Assembly (NCBI RefSeq): GCF_001465295.1
Contig: NZ_CP011034.1
Location: 2,160,001-2,192,000, forward strand
Source: Pseudoalteromonas translucida KMM 520
GTDB taxonomy: Bacteria > Pseudomonadota > Gammaproteobacteria > Enterobacterales > Alteromonadaceae
Reading direction: 5' to 3'
DNA length: 32,000 nucleotides
Every line of letters begins with the position of its first letter. The first letter of the stretch is position 1. The notes beneath the pieces were generated by a model. It made no database searches. It saw nothing but the letters and a program-made list of their open reading frames with translations, and had not been told where the DNA came from. Positions 8,518-17,573 of this stretch are shown in pieces. The position numbers and the translations under genes are program-made.

Positions 8518-9929
8518 AACTTTACTAATCCCTAGCTTGTGCATTTTAGAGCGCAAAGTACTCTCTGGCATACCAAGCTTTACAGCGGCGCCTTTACTAC
8601 CCGATATTTGCCAAGCCGACAGCTTAAGCACTGTCGTAATATGCTGTTTTTGCATTTCATTGAGCGTTAATGCTGGGTTTATAGTACTTTGCGATATTGC
8701 TTGTAATGGCTGGCTTAATTGTAAAACGGCTTGCTTAGATAAAATGGCCTCGCGCTCTAATACATTTTGTAACTCTCTAATATTACCTGGCCAGTCATAG
8801 GCTTGTAGTTGAGAAATTGCCTTATTACTTAATCCCTTAAGCTGCTTAGTTAAACGTTTATTTAACTGCACAATTAAATTACTACATAAATAAGGAATAT
8901 CTTCCTTGCGCTCTCTCAGCGCTGGCACTTTTATAGGAAATACATTTAAGCGATAGTATAAATCGATTCTAAAACTGCCTTTTTGCACCATTTCCCATAA
9001 ATCGCGGTTAGTTGCGGCAATAACACGAATATCTACCTTTAATGTATTGCTTGCCCCAACACGTTCAAATTCTTGCTCTTGCAACACTCTAAGTAACTTA
9101 CTTTGCGCTTCAAGCGGCAGCTCTGCTATTTCATCTAAAAATAAGGTGCCTTTGTCGGCTAGTTCAAAACGCCCTTTACGGCGCTCATTTGCACCAGTAA
9201 ATGCGCCTTTTTCATGACCAAACAGCTCTGACTCTAATAAGCTTGGCGTAAATGCTGCGCAGTTCACTTTTATAAAGGGCTGTTTATTGCGCTTACTTAA
9301 TCTATAGAGGTTTCGGGCAACCAGCTCTTTACCTGTACCATTTTCGCCTAAAATAAGCACTGTGGTATCGGTTTCGCTCACTAACTTAATTTGCTCTAAC
9401 ATGGTTTGAAACACGTGGCTTTTGCCGACTAAGCCAGAGTCTTGCCAATCTTCGTTTAATTCTGCAATTAAATAATTATTTTCATCTTGTAACTGCTCAC
9501 TCAAATTTTTTACTTGTGCAAGTGCATCTTGTAATGCATTTTGTGTTTGTTGCTGCTGAGAAATATCGCGAAATACCGCTACCGCACCTATCAATTCATT
9601 ATTTCGGTAAACTGGTGTCGATGTGTACTCAACAGGGAAAGAGCTGCCATCTTTGCGCCAAAAAACTTCGTTTTTCACTTCACGGCGTTTACCATCAAAC
9701 ATAGTACAATATATTTGGCATTCGTCGGCTGGATAAGGCGTGCCATCAGCATGAGTATGATGATGGTATTGATGAATTTTTTACCTAATAATGTCTCTGC
9801 ACTCCACCCTGTCATGCGCTCGGCCGCAGGATTAACAAATACGGCATTACCCGACAGATCAAAGCCATAAATCCCTTCGCCCACTGCGTTGAGTAATAAA
9901 CTAGGATCGTTTAAAAATTGCTTTATCAT
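8512..9929 (-). pseudogene. Sigma-54-dependent Fis-family transcriptional activator (PAS-AAA+-HTH), split by a 1-nt frameshift
   Basis: The downstream ORF (8512-9702) carries GENGTGKE (Walker A), GAFTGA, and a C-terminal HTH (AAVKLGMPESTLRSKMHKLGI). The upstream ORF supplies the PAS N-terminus (MIKQFLNDPSLLLNAVGEGIYGFD... from the ATG at 9929). The two frames meet in a T6/A6 run at 9777-9782. One extra A would give a continuous 472-aa protein (…LLGKKIHQYHHHTHADGTPYPADECQIYCTMFDGKRREV…). Confidence 0.85.
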
Positions 9930-9938
9930 AAAATAGCC

Positions 9939-9954
9939 TCGCGAAATATCGCGA
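9939..9954. promoter_or_regulatory. Palindromic operator-like site TCGCGAaataTCGCGA upstream of the activator start codon
   Basis: Perfect 6+6 dyad with a 4-nt spacer, 10 nt upstream of the ATG at 9929. It overlaps the GAGG Shine-Dalgarno region and has the same architecture as the sites at 8482-8517. Confidence 0.4.
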
Positions 9955-10100
9955 CCATTATGACAATTTAATTCAAAAAGTGCACTGCAAAAATTATTAT
10001 TAGTAATTAATAGCGCTGGAGGAAGGGGGGTGACAATAGAATTACTAAAATACAAAAATTTATGACAGAAAACAAAGCCTAGTTACCTTATTATGCTAAC

Positions 10101-10448
10101 TAGGGTCTGTTGACCTTTGCGGATTAGAATTTGTTCGAACTAGGGGCGATTTAATCACGGCGCGAAATTTGTAACCTAGTGGACTCGATAACTGCTCCTG
10201 CGTTATTCTACTGGCTTACATCCATGTAAGAATAAGTAAAAATCGAGCAAAGCTTCTGCGTCCTGCTCACGCCCCTTACCTACATCCATGTAGGCACCCC
10301 TAGGCAGAACCCTTCGGGCAGCGCATGTTTAGCATTGATGCTACGTTATCGCCTATTTATGGGGAATAACCACACCACACAGGCTCTGCCTTGCCTAAAT
10401 ACCAAACACACTGCTGCAAATTCAACCTTGAAAAATCAACAGACCCTA
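10101..10448. repeat. Inverted-repeat-bounded, relatively GC-rich intergenic element (MITE/REP-like)
   Basis: Perfect 13-bp terminal inverted repeats: tagggtctgttga (10101-10113) and tcaacagacccta (10436-10448). Internal near-palindromes cttacatccatgtaag (10215-10230) and cctacatccatgtagg (10279-10294). No credible ORF. Confidence 0.4.
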
Positions 10449-10467
10449 ACCTTTTTTTACAACTAAC

Positions 10468-11022
10468 TTAAAGGCGTGGAACCAACTTTATAGCGCCTGC
10501 GACCACTTTCATATCAAGTGGTAGTTTACTTAACAAGGCCATTTTAGGATCGTTCATATTTAGCTCATACACTGGGTTAACAGCTAAAAAGCGATTAATA
10601 ATATCCATAGCTTGTTCGTCTAGCGCACCTAAGTTGCCTTTAAAACCACCAGCATCAACACTCGAATCTAGTAATTTTATATTACGTAAAAACACCGCTT
10701 TTTTCTCGCTGTCGTAAAATGGGCTACCTTCTATTTGCAGCTTTAAGCGTACTGGGTATTTTAATGCAAAAGCACTAATGTTGGCGCTTGAGTCGGCGCC
10801 TAGCACCACAACATCACGATTTTCTGGACCAATATTTACACTCACATCGTTTACATCAAACTCTACAGGTAATCCCATTAAACTTACCTGTTCGCTTAAT
10901 TTAGGAAGCTGTTTTACTAATAACGACTCCACATCGGCGTTAGTAAATGAATAAACAGACATTCCTTGTGTGGCGTTACATGCAGTTAAAAATAATGCGG
11001 CAATAATAAATAATATTTTCAT
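10468..11022 (-). CDS. DUF1439-family (YceB-like) lipoprotein
   Basis: Lipobox LTAC after a hydrophobic signal sequence. The length and overall pattern resemble E. coli YceB. agagag Shine-Dalgarno upstream. Confidence 0.7.
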   Translation of the reverse strand: MKILFIIAALFLTACNATQGMSVYSFTNADVESLLVKQLPKLSEQVSLMGLPVEFDVNDVSVNIGPENRDVVVLGADSSANISAFALKYPVRLKLQIEGSPFYDSEKKAVFLRNIKLLDSSVDAGGFKGNLGALDEQAMDIINRFLAVNPVYELNMNDPKMALLSKLPLDMKVVAGAIKLVPRL

Positions 11023-11057
11023 AAAAAACTCTCTAAATTATTATAAATGATGGGTAT

Positions 11058-11086
11058 AAAAAAGCCGCTTACGAGCGGCTTTTAAA
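11058..11086 (-). terminator. Rho-independent terminator after the DUF349 gene
   Basis: aaaagccgct / tacg loop / agcggctttt, a GC-rich stem flanked by A/T runs. Confidence 0.7.
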
Positions 11087-11115
11087 AGAGTAATACTCTA
11101 TTAGGTGTAACTACA

Positions 11116-13803
11116 CTAAGCTGTAAAAACAGCCTTTAGCCGTGCTAGTGTGTCAGCATCAACTGAACCTTCACTGAGCGCTAACAACTGCTTTAAATAA
11201 TAGCTTATATCTGCATGTTCGCCACGATGCTTATCATCTAACATGGCAACTTGCTCAGCCATTCTTTGCATTGCATCATTGCTACTTACATTAGCTAAAA
11301 TTTCCATTCTAGTAAGTAACTGTGCACTACTAAGTGATGTTTTAAGTATAGCTTGGTACTGGCTCGGTATTGCTTCATTATTTTCAAGAGCGTTAAATAA
11401 GGCCACTAAATTAGCTTGTTCGGCTTGGCTAGTTAGCCCTGCAAGCTTCTCTTCTATGGCGCTAAGTAACGACGTTACTTTTGGCGATAATGACTTAAAC
11501 TGGGTATACCCTTTAACTTTAGTTTCTAAGTCATGTAATTGCGCTTTTTCGTTAATTTGACCCAGCGCCAATTCAAGTTCGTTAAGCTCAGCGACTACTT
11601 GCTTGTCGTTTTCGCTTTGATCTAACTTTTGCTGCTCAAACTCGCTGCTGCGTTTAGTGAAGGTTTCGTCGTTAAATTGACGAAACTTTTGCCATAAGGC
11701 ATTTTCAGCTTTTAAGCCGGCAAAGCCAATTGTTTGCCACTGCTGCTGTAATTGTTTTAGCTCTTGGCATGCTGCTGCTAGGTCATCACTTTGTGATAAT
11801 TGCTGCGCTTGCTCTACTAATGCATTTTTAAGTGCAGCATTGCCTTTATGAAACGCATTTAACGCCGCTAGCACACGCTGCTGCTCGTTTTTATAACGAT
11901 CGTTTAATACACGGTAGGTTTTAGGGTCAACTTTACCCACACTGCGCCATGCTTTGTTTAAACGATTGTATTGGCTTTCAAACTGCTTCCAATCAAAACC
12001 CTGCTCGTCAGTTGCGAGTAAGTGCAGTGCATGCATGTCAGCAATAATACTTTCGCGCTGCGCTTTTGACGCTTCACGCTGTACTTCTTGCTCTGCAAAG
12101 TAGTTACGGCAAGGTGCAAACAATAATTCGATTTTTTGATCAAATTGCTCACCTTGTTGCTTTTCTTCGTCTGTATCTAAGCGGCCAAGCTCATTCCAGC
12201 GTTTACGCAACACTTTAACTTGATCAGCACGTTGCTGTGGGTCTACGCACTCCTCTAAAACGAGCGCGCTAACTTCTTCAAGTAAGGCTTCGCGCTTTGG
12301 TGCTGCAGCATATTTTTGCCAATCTTTGGCGTCAGCTAGTTGCGCTTCTAAATCGGTTTTTAAGCTTACAAGTGGTTGCTGATACTGCTCAGTTAACGTA
12401 TTAAATAGCTCTTCAAAGCCTTTAAACACACCAAATGCAACGTTAAAACGACCTTCTTCTATTAGGCGCTTTACATCACGGGCTTTGCGCTTAGCTTGGC
12501 TTTGATTTTTTTCAAGCGGTTTTATCAACTCGTTCATTGGCACTAAAAATTGCTTTTTATGCGCATTAAGCTGTGTTTTAAACGTACCCTGCAATGCACT
12601 ATCTAATATATTTAGATGATTACGCGCCGCCTTAAAACCACTATTAAATGCAGCTAAGGTTTCGTCGTATTGGGTTAAATCGGCTGCTGGTTTTATTTCA
12701 CACAGTGCAGCAAATGCCAGCTTATAATCTTTAATAGCAGACGTTAGCTCAGGTAATTTAGCTACTTGAGTAAATAATTTTTCTAACTTATTAATAACCT
12801 GTTTTGATTGTGGGTTATTAGCTAACTCGGTTTCATTTATTGCTTGTTGAGCCTGCGCTACTTTTGCATCAAGCCAATCTTGCTGAATTTGCTCTGGCGT
12901 TTCTAGGCCAAGTTGCAATGCATTTTCAATTTCTTCACTTAAAGCTTCAAGCGTTGCTAATGCCAGCAGTTGACGCTGTTGAAGTGCAAGTAATTGCTGC
13001 TCTTTTTCGTGCTCACTGCGAAGCTGTGCAATATGGGCATTTAGCTTTTCGGTAATTGTGCTGTACTTTTCGTTTAGCAATTTTACTTGCTCGGTGCTAA
13101 GCCACTTAAGCTCTAAGGCTTGCCATTGCGCCATTAACTCACCCGCTTTTGGGTTTACTAATGCAAAATCATTTTTATCGCGCAAAGCATTTAGCTTGGC
13201 TAAAATAACACGGGTTTCTCCCTCAACTTGCGCTGGCATTTCAATTGCTAAACGCTCGTTTTCTAGGTGCGTGTTAAGCGCTGTTTTGGCACTGTTTTGT
13301 GCATGCTTTAATAATGGTTTAGTTAACTGGTGGGTAATAACCAACTCAACTAATTGCGCTTGTAACTCTTCGCTGCCCTCTTTAAAGGCTTTTTCTATTA
13401 GTTTAGGGTTTCCTAGGCGCTTTAATAACTTAACCCGCACTTGCAGCTCTTTTTCTGCAAAGGCAAGTTTTTCGAGGGTTTTTACTGGTGCAAAACGCTC
13501 TATATATTCACTTTTAATTTGCGGCGACAGTGTACTTTCGCTACTTAAAACAGCGATAGATATTTGTTGTTCAGCAATATCTTTTAATGCTTGATCTTGT
13601 TTATAGGCTTTCCACCACAGTGGCAAGTCGTTTACTTTTTGCAGTGCCTTACGACGAATTTCTGCTGAGCTATCTTCCAGCGCTAAAGTACTTAAAATTA
13701 TTGCGTCGCGTTGTACATCTAATTTTTCGATTGCATCTAGACGTACTTGCAGCTTTGGATGTTTCCATTTTGGCGTAAAAAGGTGTTTAAAGATCATGTT
13801 CAC
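11116..13803 (-). CDS. DUF349 domain-containing protein (long coiled-coil repeat protein)
   Basis: 895 aa, with recurrent DUF349-like repeat signatures (RKRWNELGRLD, LNKAWRSVGKVDPK, LQQQWQTIGFAG). The start is either the GTG at 13803 or the ATG at 13797. It overlaps the yeaC stop. Confidence 0.8.
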   Translation of the reverse strand: MNMIFKHLFTPKWKHPKLQVRLDAIEKLDVQRDAIILSTLALEDSSAEIRRKALQKVNDLPLWWKAYKQDQALKDIAEQQISIAVLSSESTLSPQIKSEYIERFAPVKTLEKLAFAEKELQVRVKLLKRLGNPKLIEKAFKEGSEELQAQLVELVITHQLTKPLLKHAQNSAKTALNTHLENERLAIEMPAQVEGETRVILAKLNALRDKNDFALVNPKAGELMAQWQALELKWLSTEQVKLLNEKYSTITEKLNAHIAQLRSEHEKEQQLLALQQRQLLALATLEALSEEIENALQLGLETPEQIQQDWLDAKVAQAQQAINETELANNPQSKQVINKLEKLFTQVAKLPELTSAIKDYKLAFAALCEIKPAADLTQYDETLAAFNSGFKAARNHLNILDSALQGTFKTQLNAHKKQFLVPMNELIKPLEKNQSQAKRKARDVKRLIEEGRFNVAFGVFKGFEELFNTLTEQYQQPLVSLKTDLEAQLADAKDWQKYAAAPKREALLEEVSALVLEECVDPQQRADQVKVLRKRWNELGRLDTDEEKQQGEQFDQKIELLFAPCRNYFAEQEVQREASKAQRESIIADMHALHLLATDEQGFDWKQFESQYNRLNKAWRSVGKVDPKTYRVLNDRYKNEQQRVLAALNAFHKGNAALKNALVEQAQQLSQSDDLAAACQELKQLQQQWQTIGFAGLKAENALWQKFRQFNDETFTKRSSEFEQQKLDQSENDKQVVAELNELELALGQINEKAQLHDLETKVKGYTQFKSLSPKVTSLLSAIEEKLAGLTSQAEQANLVALFNALENNEAIPSQYQAILKTSLSSAQLLTRMEILANVSSNDAMQRMAEQVAMLDDKHRGEHADISYYLKQLLALSEGSVDADTLARLKAVFTA

Positions 13804-14068
13804 TAAACCTAGCTATTTCGTTATCTGAGTTAAATTCTTTTTGCAGTTGTGCTTTTGTTTTTTGCACCATTTCGCCATTTGCACCAATAGTAAATTGCTC
13901 ATTCGATTGAGCAACTTTTGCTTGATACAACATAACTAACTGCACTGTTTGCTGCTTTTGTTCATCTGATAAAGGAGTACCGTCTGGCCATTTGCCAGTT
14001 GCTGCTCCGTATTGCAAACGTTCAAATAATTCTGGGGTAATATTTTGTACAAGATTGTCGATATTCAT
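13787..14068 (-). CDS. yeaC: YeaC-family protein (DUF1315)
   Basis: 93 aa. The pattern PELFERLQYGAATGKWPDGTPLSDEQKQQTVQLVMLYQA closely parallels E. coli YeaC. Confidence 0.8.
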   Translation of the reverse strand: MNIDNLVQNITPELFERLQYGAATGKWPDGTPLSDEQKQQTVQLVMLYQAKVAQSNEQFTIGANGEMVQKTKAQLQKEFNSDNEIARFSEHDL

Positions 14069-14069
14069 G

Positions 14070-14396
14070 TCATTTTTTCTTTTTTAGAGTCACTAAAATA
14101 ATACGATTAATAAGGTACCAAATACACCCCACGCCAATAGCGATGGTGTAAGCATACCACTGAGGTGTTTTTTCTTGCGGTTGTAAGAAGTACAAACAGA
14201 AAAAACCGCCTAAAAATAGGATAAGTGCTAAAAATGAGTGAGTTATAAACATTTGCTGTTTTTTAATTCGCTGTTCACGTTGAAGCTGTTGAACTTGCTC
14301 ATTATTTAAGTCGGCAACGTTACTTTCGCAATGCGGACATTGCGCGTGTTTATCTGATATTGATTTGGCACATTTAGGGCAACGAATAATCGCCAT
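14070..14396 (-). CDS. Small membrane-anchored zinc-ribbon protein
   Basis: CPKC...CPHC zinc ribbon followed by two hydrophobic segments. I chose the start at the ATG 14396 (MAIIRCPKC) because GGAGAG lies 4 nt upstream and the longer ORF-track start would run through the symporter terminator. Confidence 0.6.
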   Translation of the reverse strand: MAIIRCPKCAKSISDKHAQCPHCESNVADLNNEQVQQLQREQRIKKQQMFITHSFLALILFLGGFFCLYFLQPQEKTPQWYAYTIAIGVGCIWYLINRIILVTLKKKK

Positions 14397-14416
14397 ACAT
14401 CTCTCCATACTACGCA

Positions 14417-14446
14417 TAAAAAAAGCGCCTTGCGGCGCCTTTATTG
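14417..14446 (-). terminator. Rho-independent terminator after the symporter gene
   Basis: GC stem gcgcc/ggcgc with a ttgc loop. An A7 run on the plus strand gives a T-run after the hairpin on the minus strand. Confidence 0.65.
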
Positions 14447-14454
14447 TACTTGTT

Positions 14455-16122
14455 TTATTTCTCGTTGTCTTTTTTGAATTTGACCCAGTAGTCATCTACC
14501 GACTCTTTCATCTCTTTGCGCAATAACATTATGCCAATTAAGTTAGGTAGTGTCATAACAACAATGGCCACTGCCGCTAACTTCCATACCAAGGTGGTAT
14601 CGGCAAACGATGCCCAAAAGAATGCAGCCACATAAAATACGCGATACGGCATTACTGAGCGATGCCCTAATAAGTAAATCATTGCGCGATCCCCATAGTA
14701 CGACCAAGCAATGGCAGTAGAGAACGCAAACAGCAATAAGCCTATTGATACAATGTACTGGCCACTATCGCCAAAGTAACCACGTTTAAAAGCCTTGGTG
14801 GTTAGCTCTGCTGAATGTACCAATGACTTGCCCACTAAACTAATGCTGTCATCTGTTGGCATGCCATCTATTACTTCTACAACACCTGTGTATTTGTGCT
14901 TTTCAGTAATACCAAAGCGTACGTCCTCAGCAATGGAGCGTGAATGTAATACCGTAAAGCCCGTATTTAATGCTTCACCATTAACCACTTCAATATTGCC
15001 GGTAAACGTCTGTATATTACTTTTTTGACCATTAAGGTATTTATAGAGGTCTTCGCGCTGTGTTTGATTTTCTTCTGTGTAATCGCCTTTAATAATACTC
15101 ATGGCTGAGCGTTCGAAATGGGTTTGGAATTTTTCATTCCACACCCCCGAGGATAAAATAACCAAACCCGTAAGTGTACAAATAATAATGGTATCGATAA
15201 AAGGTTCTAGTATAGATACTATGCCCTCTGAAACTGGCTCATCAGCCTTTGCCGAAGCATGCGCTATAGGTGCAGAACCTTGACCCGCTTCGTTAGAGAA
15301 TAAACCACGGTTTACACCACGATTAAACGCATAAGCAAATGACGCCCCCAAAAAGCCACCTGCGGCAGCAGAGCCTGAAAATGCGTCCATAAATACGGCA
15401 GAAAATGAAGGACCGATGTTTTCAGCGTTATAAAAAATAACAGCCAGAGCACCAATAATATAAATAGCCGCCATTAACGGTACTACGCGTGATGTAATTG
15501 CTGCAATACGTTTAATGCCGCCTAATATAACCAAGGCAAGTAAAATAGATAACACAGCACCTGTGGCCATAGGCGCAAAACCAAAGGTGGCTTCCATCCC
15601 TTGTGCAATATTATTAATTTGTGGCAAGCTGCCTGTACCAAACGAGCTAATTACAGTGGCTACGGCAAATAAAATGGCCAGCCATTTCATGTTAAGGCGT
15701 TTATCCATGTAATACATTGGGCCGCCAGACATAGTGCCATCTTCAGTTTTTTCACGGTATTTATGCGACAAGGTAACTTCTACAAACTTGGTAGTCATAC
15801 CAAAAAATGCCGTCATCCACATCCAAAACAACGCCGCAGGCCCACCAATTGAAATAGCCAGTGCTACGCCACCAATATTACCTGTACCCACTGTGCCCGA
15901 TAGTGCTGTAGCAAGCGCTTGAAAGTGAGTGGTATCCCCTTCTGTATCCTTTTTATCAAACTTACCCGAAACAACTTGGCAAGCATGTTTAAAATACCGT
16001 ATTTGGGGAAACTTTAAATAAATAGTAAAAAACAAACCAACCCCTAATAACACATAAGGAAACCATACAGCTCCTCCTAACATGCCATCTAGGCTATCTA
16101 AAAGTTGTCCGAATGCATCCAC
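14455..16122 (-). CDS. Alanine/glycine:cation symporter (AGCS family)
   Basis: 555 aa polytopic protein with AGCS signatures ([39 protein letters not shown]). GTG start with aagagga Shine-Dalgarno 7 nt upstream. Confidence 0.9.
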   Translation of the reverse strand: MDAFGQLLDSLDGMLGGAVWFPYVLLGVGLFFTIYLKFPQIRYFKHACQVVSGKFDKKDTEGDTTHFQALATALSGTVGTGNIGGVALAISIGGPAALFWMWMTAFFGMTTKFVEVTLSHKYREKTEDGTMSGGPMYYMDKRLNMKWLAILFAVATVISSFGTGSLPQINNIAQGMEATFGFAPMATGAVLSILLALVILGGIKRIAAITSRVVPLMAAIYIIGALAVIFYNAENIGPSFSAVFMDAFSGSAAAGGFLGASFAYAFNRGVNRGLFSNEAGQGSAPIAHASAKADEPVSEGIVSILEPFIDTIIICTLTGLVILSSGVWNEKFQTHFERSAMSIIKGDYTEENQTQREDLYKYLNGQKSNIQTFTGNIEVVNGEALNTGFTVLHSRSIAEDVRFGITEKHKYTGVVEVIDGMPTDDSISLVGKSLVHSAELTTKAFKRGYFGDSGQYIVSIGLLLFAFSTAIAWSYYGDRAMIYLLGHRSVMPYRVFYVAAFFWASFADTTLVWKLAAVAIVVMTLPNLIGIMLLRKEMKESVDDYWVKFKKDNEK

Positions 16123-16227
16123 GCTAAATTCCTCTTATTATTTTATTTTTGAAATTGCTGACTAAACATTCGTTAAGCCACAGTTTATTGTGCCGTTGCG
16201 CACTTGTTATTTTTGTAAGTGTTGTAA

Positions 16228-16259
16228 CAAAAAAGGGCAACATTTTAATGTTGCCCTTA
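16228..16259 (-). terminator. Rho-independent terminator after the M14 CCP-like gene
   Basis: aagggcaacat (16233-16243) pairs with atgttgccctt (16248-16258), followed by a T-run on the minus strand. Confidence 0.7.
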
Positions 16260-16271
16260 CCTTATACTAAT

Positions 16272-17399
16272 TTATCTTAATTTATCAACGACATTTACGA
16301 TAGCCGCTAAAGTATCTTGGCCAAATTGATATGAACGACGATCTGACCAACCATAATCTGGGTCGGGTAAGTCGTTATTATCTTTAAATGGCATTTCTAC
16401 TGTATAGGTAAGCGCCTTAAATTCTTCTGCTGTTGCAGATGAACCTACTGTAAGGTTAGCTTGCCCTGGCTCGTCTTTAGGGTAACCATGCTCGTCTTGA
16501 AACTCTGGAGTAATGGTTAACAAAGCAGCTTTAAAGCTATCTTCTAGATCTTTTAAGCGCGCATCGTAACTTGGAATGCCTTCACTGCCGGCTACAAAGT
16601 TATACGGGATTGCTTCATCACCATGAATATCAAGGTGCATATCTAGGCCTGTTTCACGCATTTTATTAAGCACTAAATAAACTTCGGGGCTATTTTCCAT
16701 ACTCGGCGTTTGCCATTCACGGTTTAAGTTAACGCCTTTAGCATTAGTACGTAAGTGCCCACGAGCACTGCCATCTGGATTCATGTTTGGCACAATATAA
16801 AATACTGCTTTTGATAGTAATGCGGCAGCATGCGGGTCTTCATCATCAAGTAGTTTGTGAAGTATTCCTTCTACAAACCACTGCGCCATTGTTTCACCCG
16901 GATGCTGGCGAGCGGTGATCCAAATGTTTTTCTTATCTGCGCTTGGCTCACCAATTTTAAGTACGCTCATGTCGCGGCCATCAAGGGTTTCGCCTAATGT
17001 TTCTAATTGGCAAATTTGCTGGCTTTGCGCCCACGTAAGTAAATCTAAGTGACGCTCATAGCTATATGGTGCAAAATAAGCAAAATAAACACTGCCGCAC
17101 TCTGGCTCTATTTCAAAGCTTAATGTGCCATTTTCGTAGCTTGAAGGTACACGAAACCATGTTTGACGGTCATACGATGCAACTGCCTGATAGTCTACCC
17201 AACCATCTGGATAAGCTGAGTTTTCGAGCTTATTTATGTTTAGTTTATGTAATTGGTAAGGAGTTGTTTCTAGACGAAAATGAAACCACTGATAAAATTC
17301 AGACTGGAAATCGTTATTAATCTCTAACTGGATATTTAATGGATCGGTGGCTTCAATAACCTTAATATTACCACTGTCGAAATTGCTGCTGATTTTCAT
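16272..17399 (-). CDS. M14-family zinc carboxypeptidase, cytosolic-carboxypeptidase-like, with an N-terminal beta-sandwich domain
   Basis: RQHPGETMAQW (HxxE), NLNREW (NR) and DIHGDE. The N-terminal MKISSNFDSGNI...FYQWFHFRL is typical of the pre-peptidase domain of bacterial CCP-like enzymes. No signal peptide. Confidence 0.8.
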   Translation of the reverse strand: MKISSNFDSGNIKVIEATDPLNIQLEINNDFQSEFYQWFHFRLETTPYQLHKLNINKLENSAYPDGWVDYQAVASYDRQTWFRVPSSYENGTLSFEIEPECGSVYFAYFAPYSYERHLDLLTWAQSQQICQLETLGETLDGRDMSVLKIGEPSADKKNIWITARQHPGETMAQWFVEGILHKLLDDEDPHAAALLSKAVFYIVPNMNPDGSARGHLRTNAKGVNLNREWQTPSMENSPEVYLVLNKMRETGLDMHLDIHGDEAIPYNFVAGSEGIPSYDARLKDLEDSFKAALLTITPEFQDEHGYPKDEPGQANLTVGSSATAEEFKALTYTVEMPFKDNNDLPDPDYGWSDRRSYQFGQDTLAAIVNVVDKLR

Positions 17400-17530
17400 G
17401 ACAAAAAACCTATAAGTTGACTAAGTGTCTCTGGACTGCATAAATAGCCAGGATGTAAGTACGCTGCGATTAGCCGTATCTAATGTATAAAGCGTACCAT
17501 AAGCGCTGCGCTTTAAAAATATTGATAATC

Positions 17531-17557
17531 AAAAAAGCCAGCAAATGCTGGCTTTTG
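17531..17557 (-). terminator. Rho-independent terminator after gap
   Basis: aaaagccagca / tgctggctttt hairpin immediately downstream of the gap stop codon. Confidence 0.7.
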
Positions 17558-17573
17558 TATAACGACTAATAAA

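Noticed and set aside
14397-14495. The N-terminal extension ([16 protein letters not shown]...) of the zinc-ribbon ORF in the ORF track.
   Set aside because: The extension runs through the symporter stop codon region and terminator hairpin (14417-14446) and has no ribosome-binding site. The internal ATG at 14396 has a GGAGAG Shine-Dalgarno.
16123-16227. I looked for a glycine or amino-acid riboswitch, or an attenuator, in the leader of the alanine:cation symporter.
   Set aside because: No conserved glycine-riboswitch core elements or convincing multi-stem structure are visible by eye. I found only a plausible promoter and Shine-Dalgarno region. This cannot be excluded without a covariance-model scan.
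5976-17399. Two M14-type peptidase genes (5976-6890 and 16272-17399) in one window might be a functional pair or an island.
   Set aside because: They are about 9 kb apart, belong to different M14 subgroups, and sit among unrelated housekeeping genes with their own terminators. Nothing in the sequence links them.
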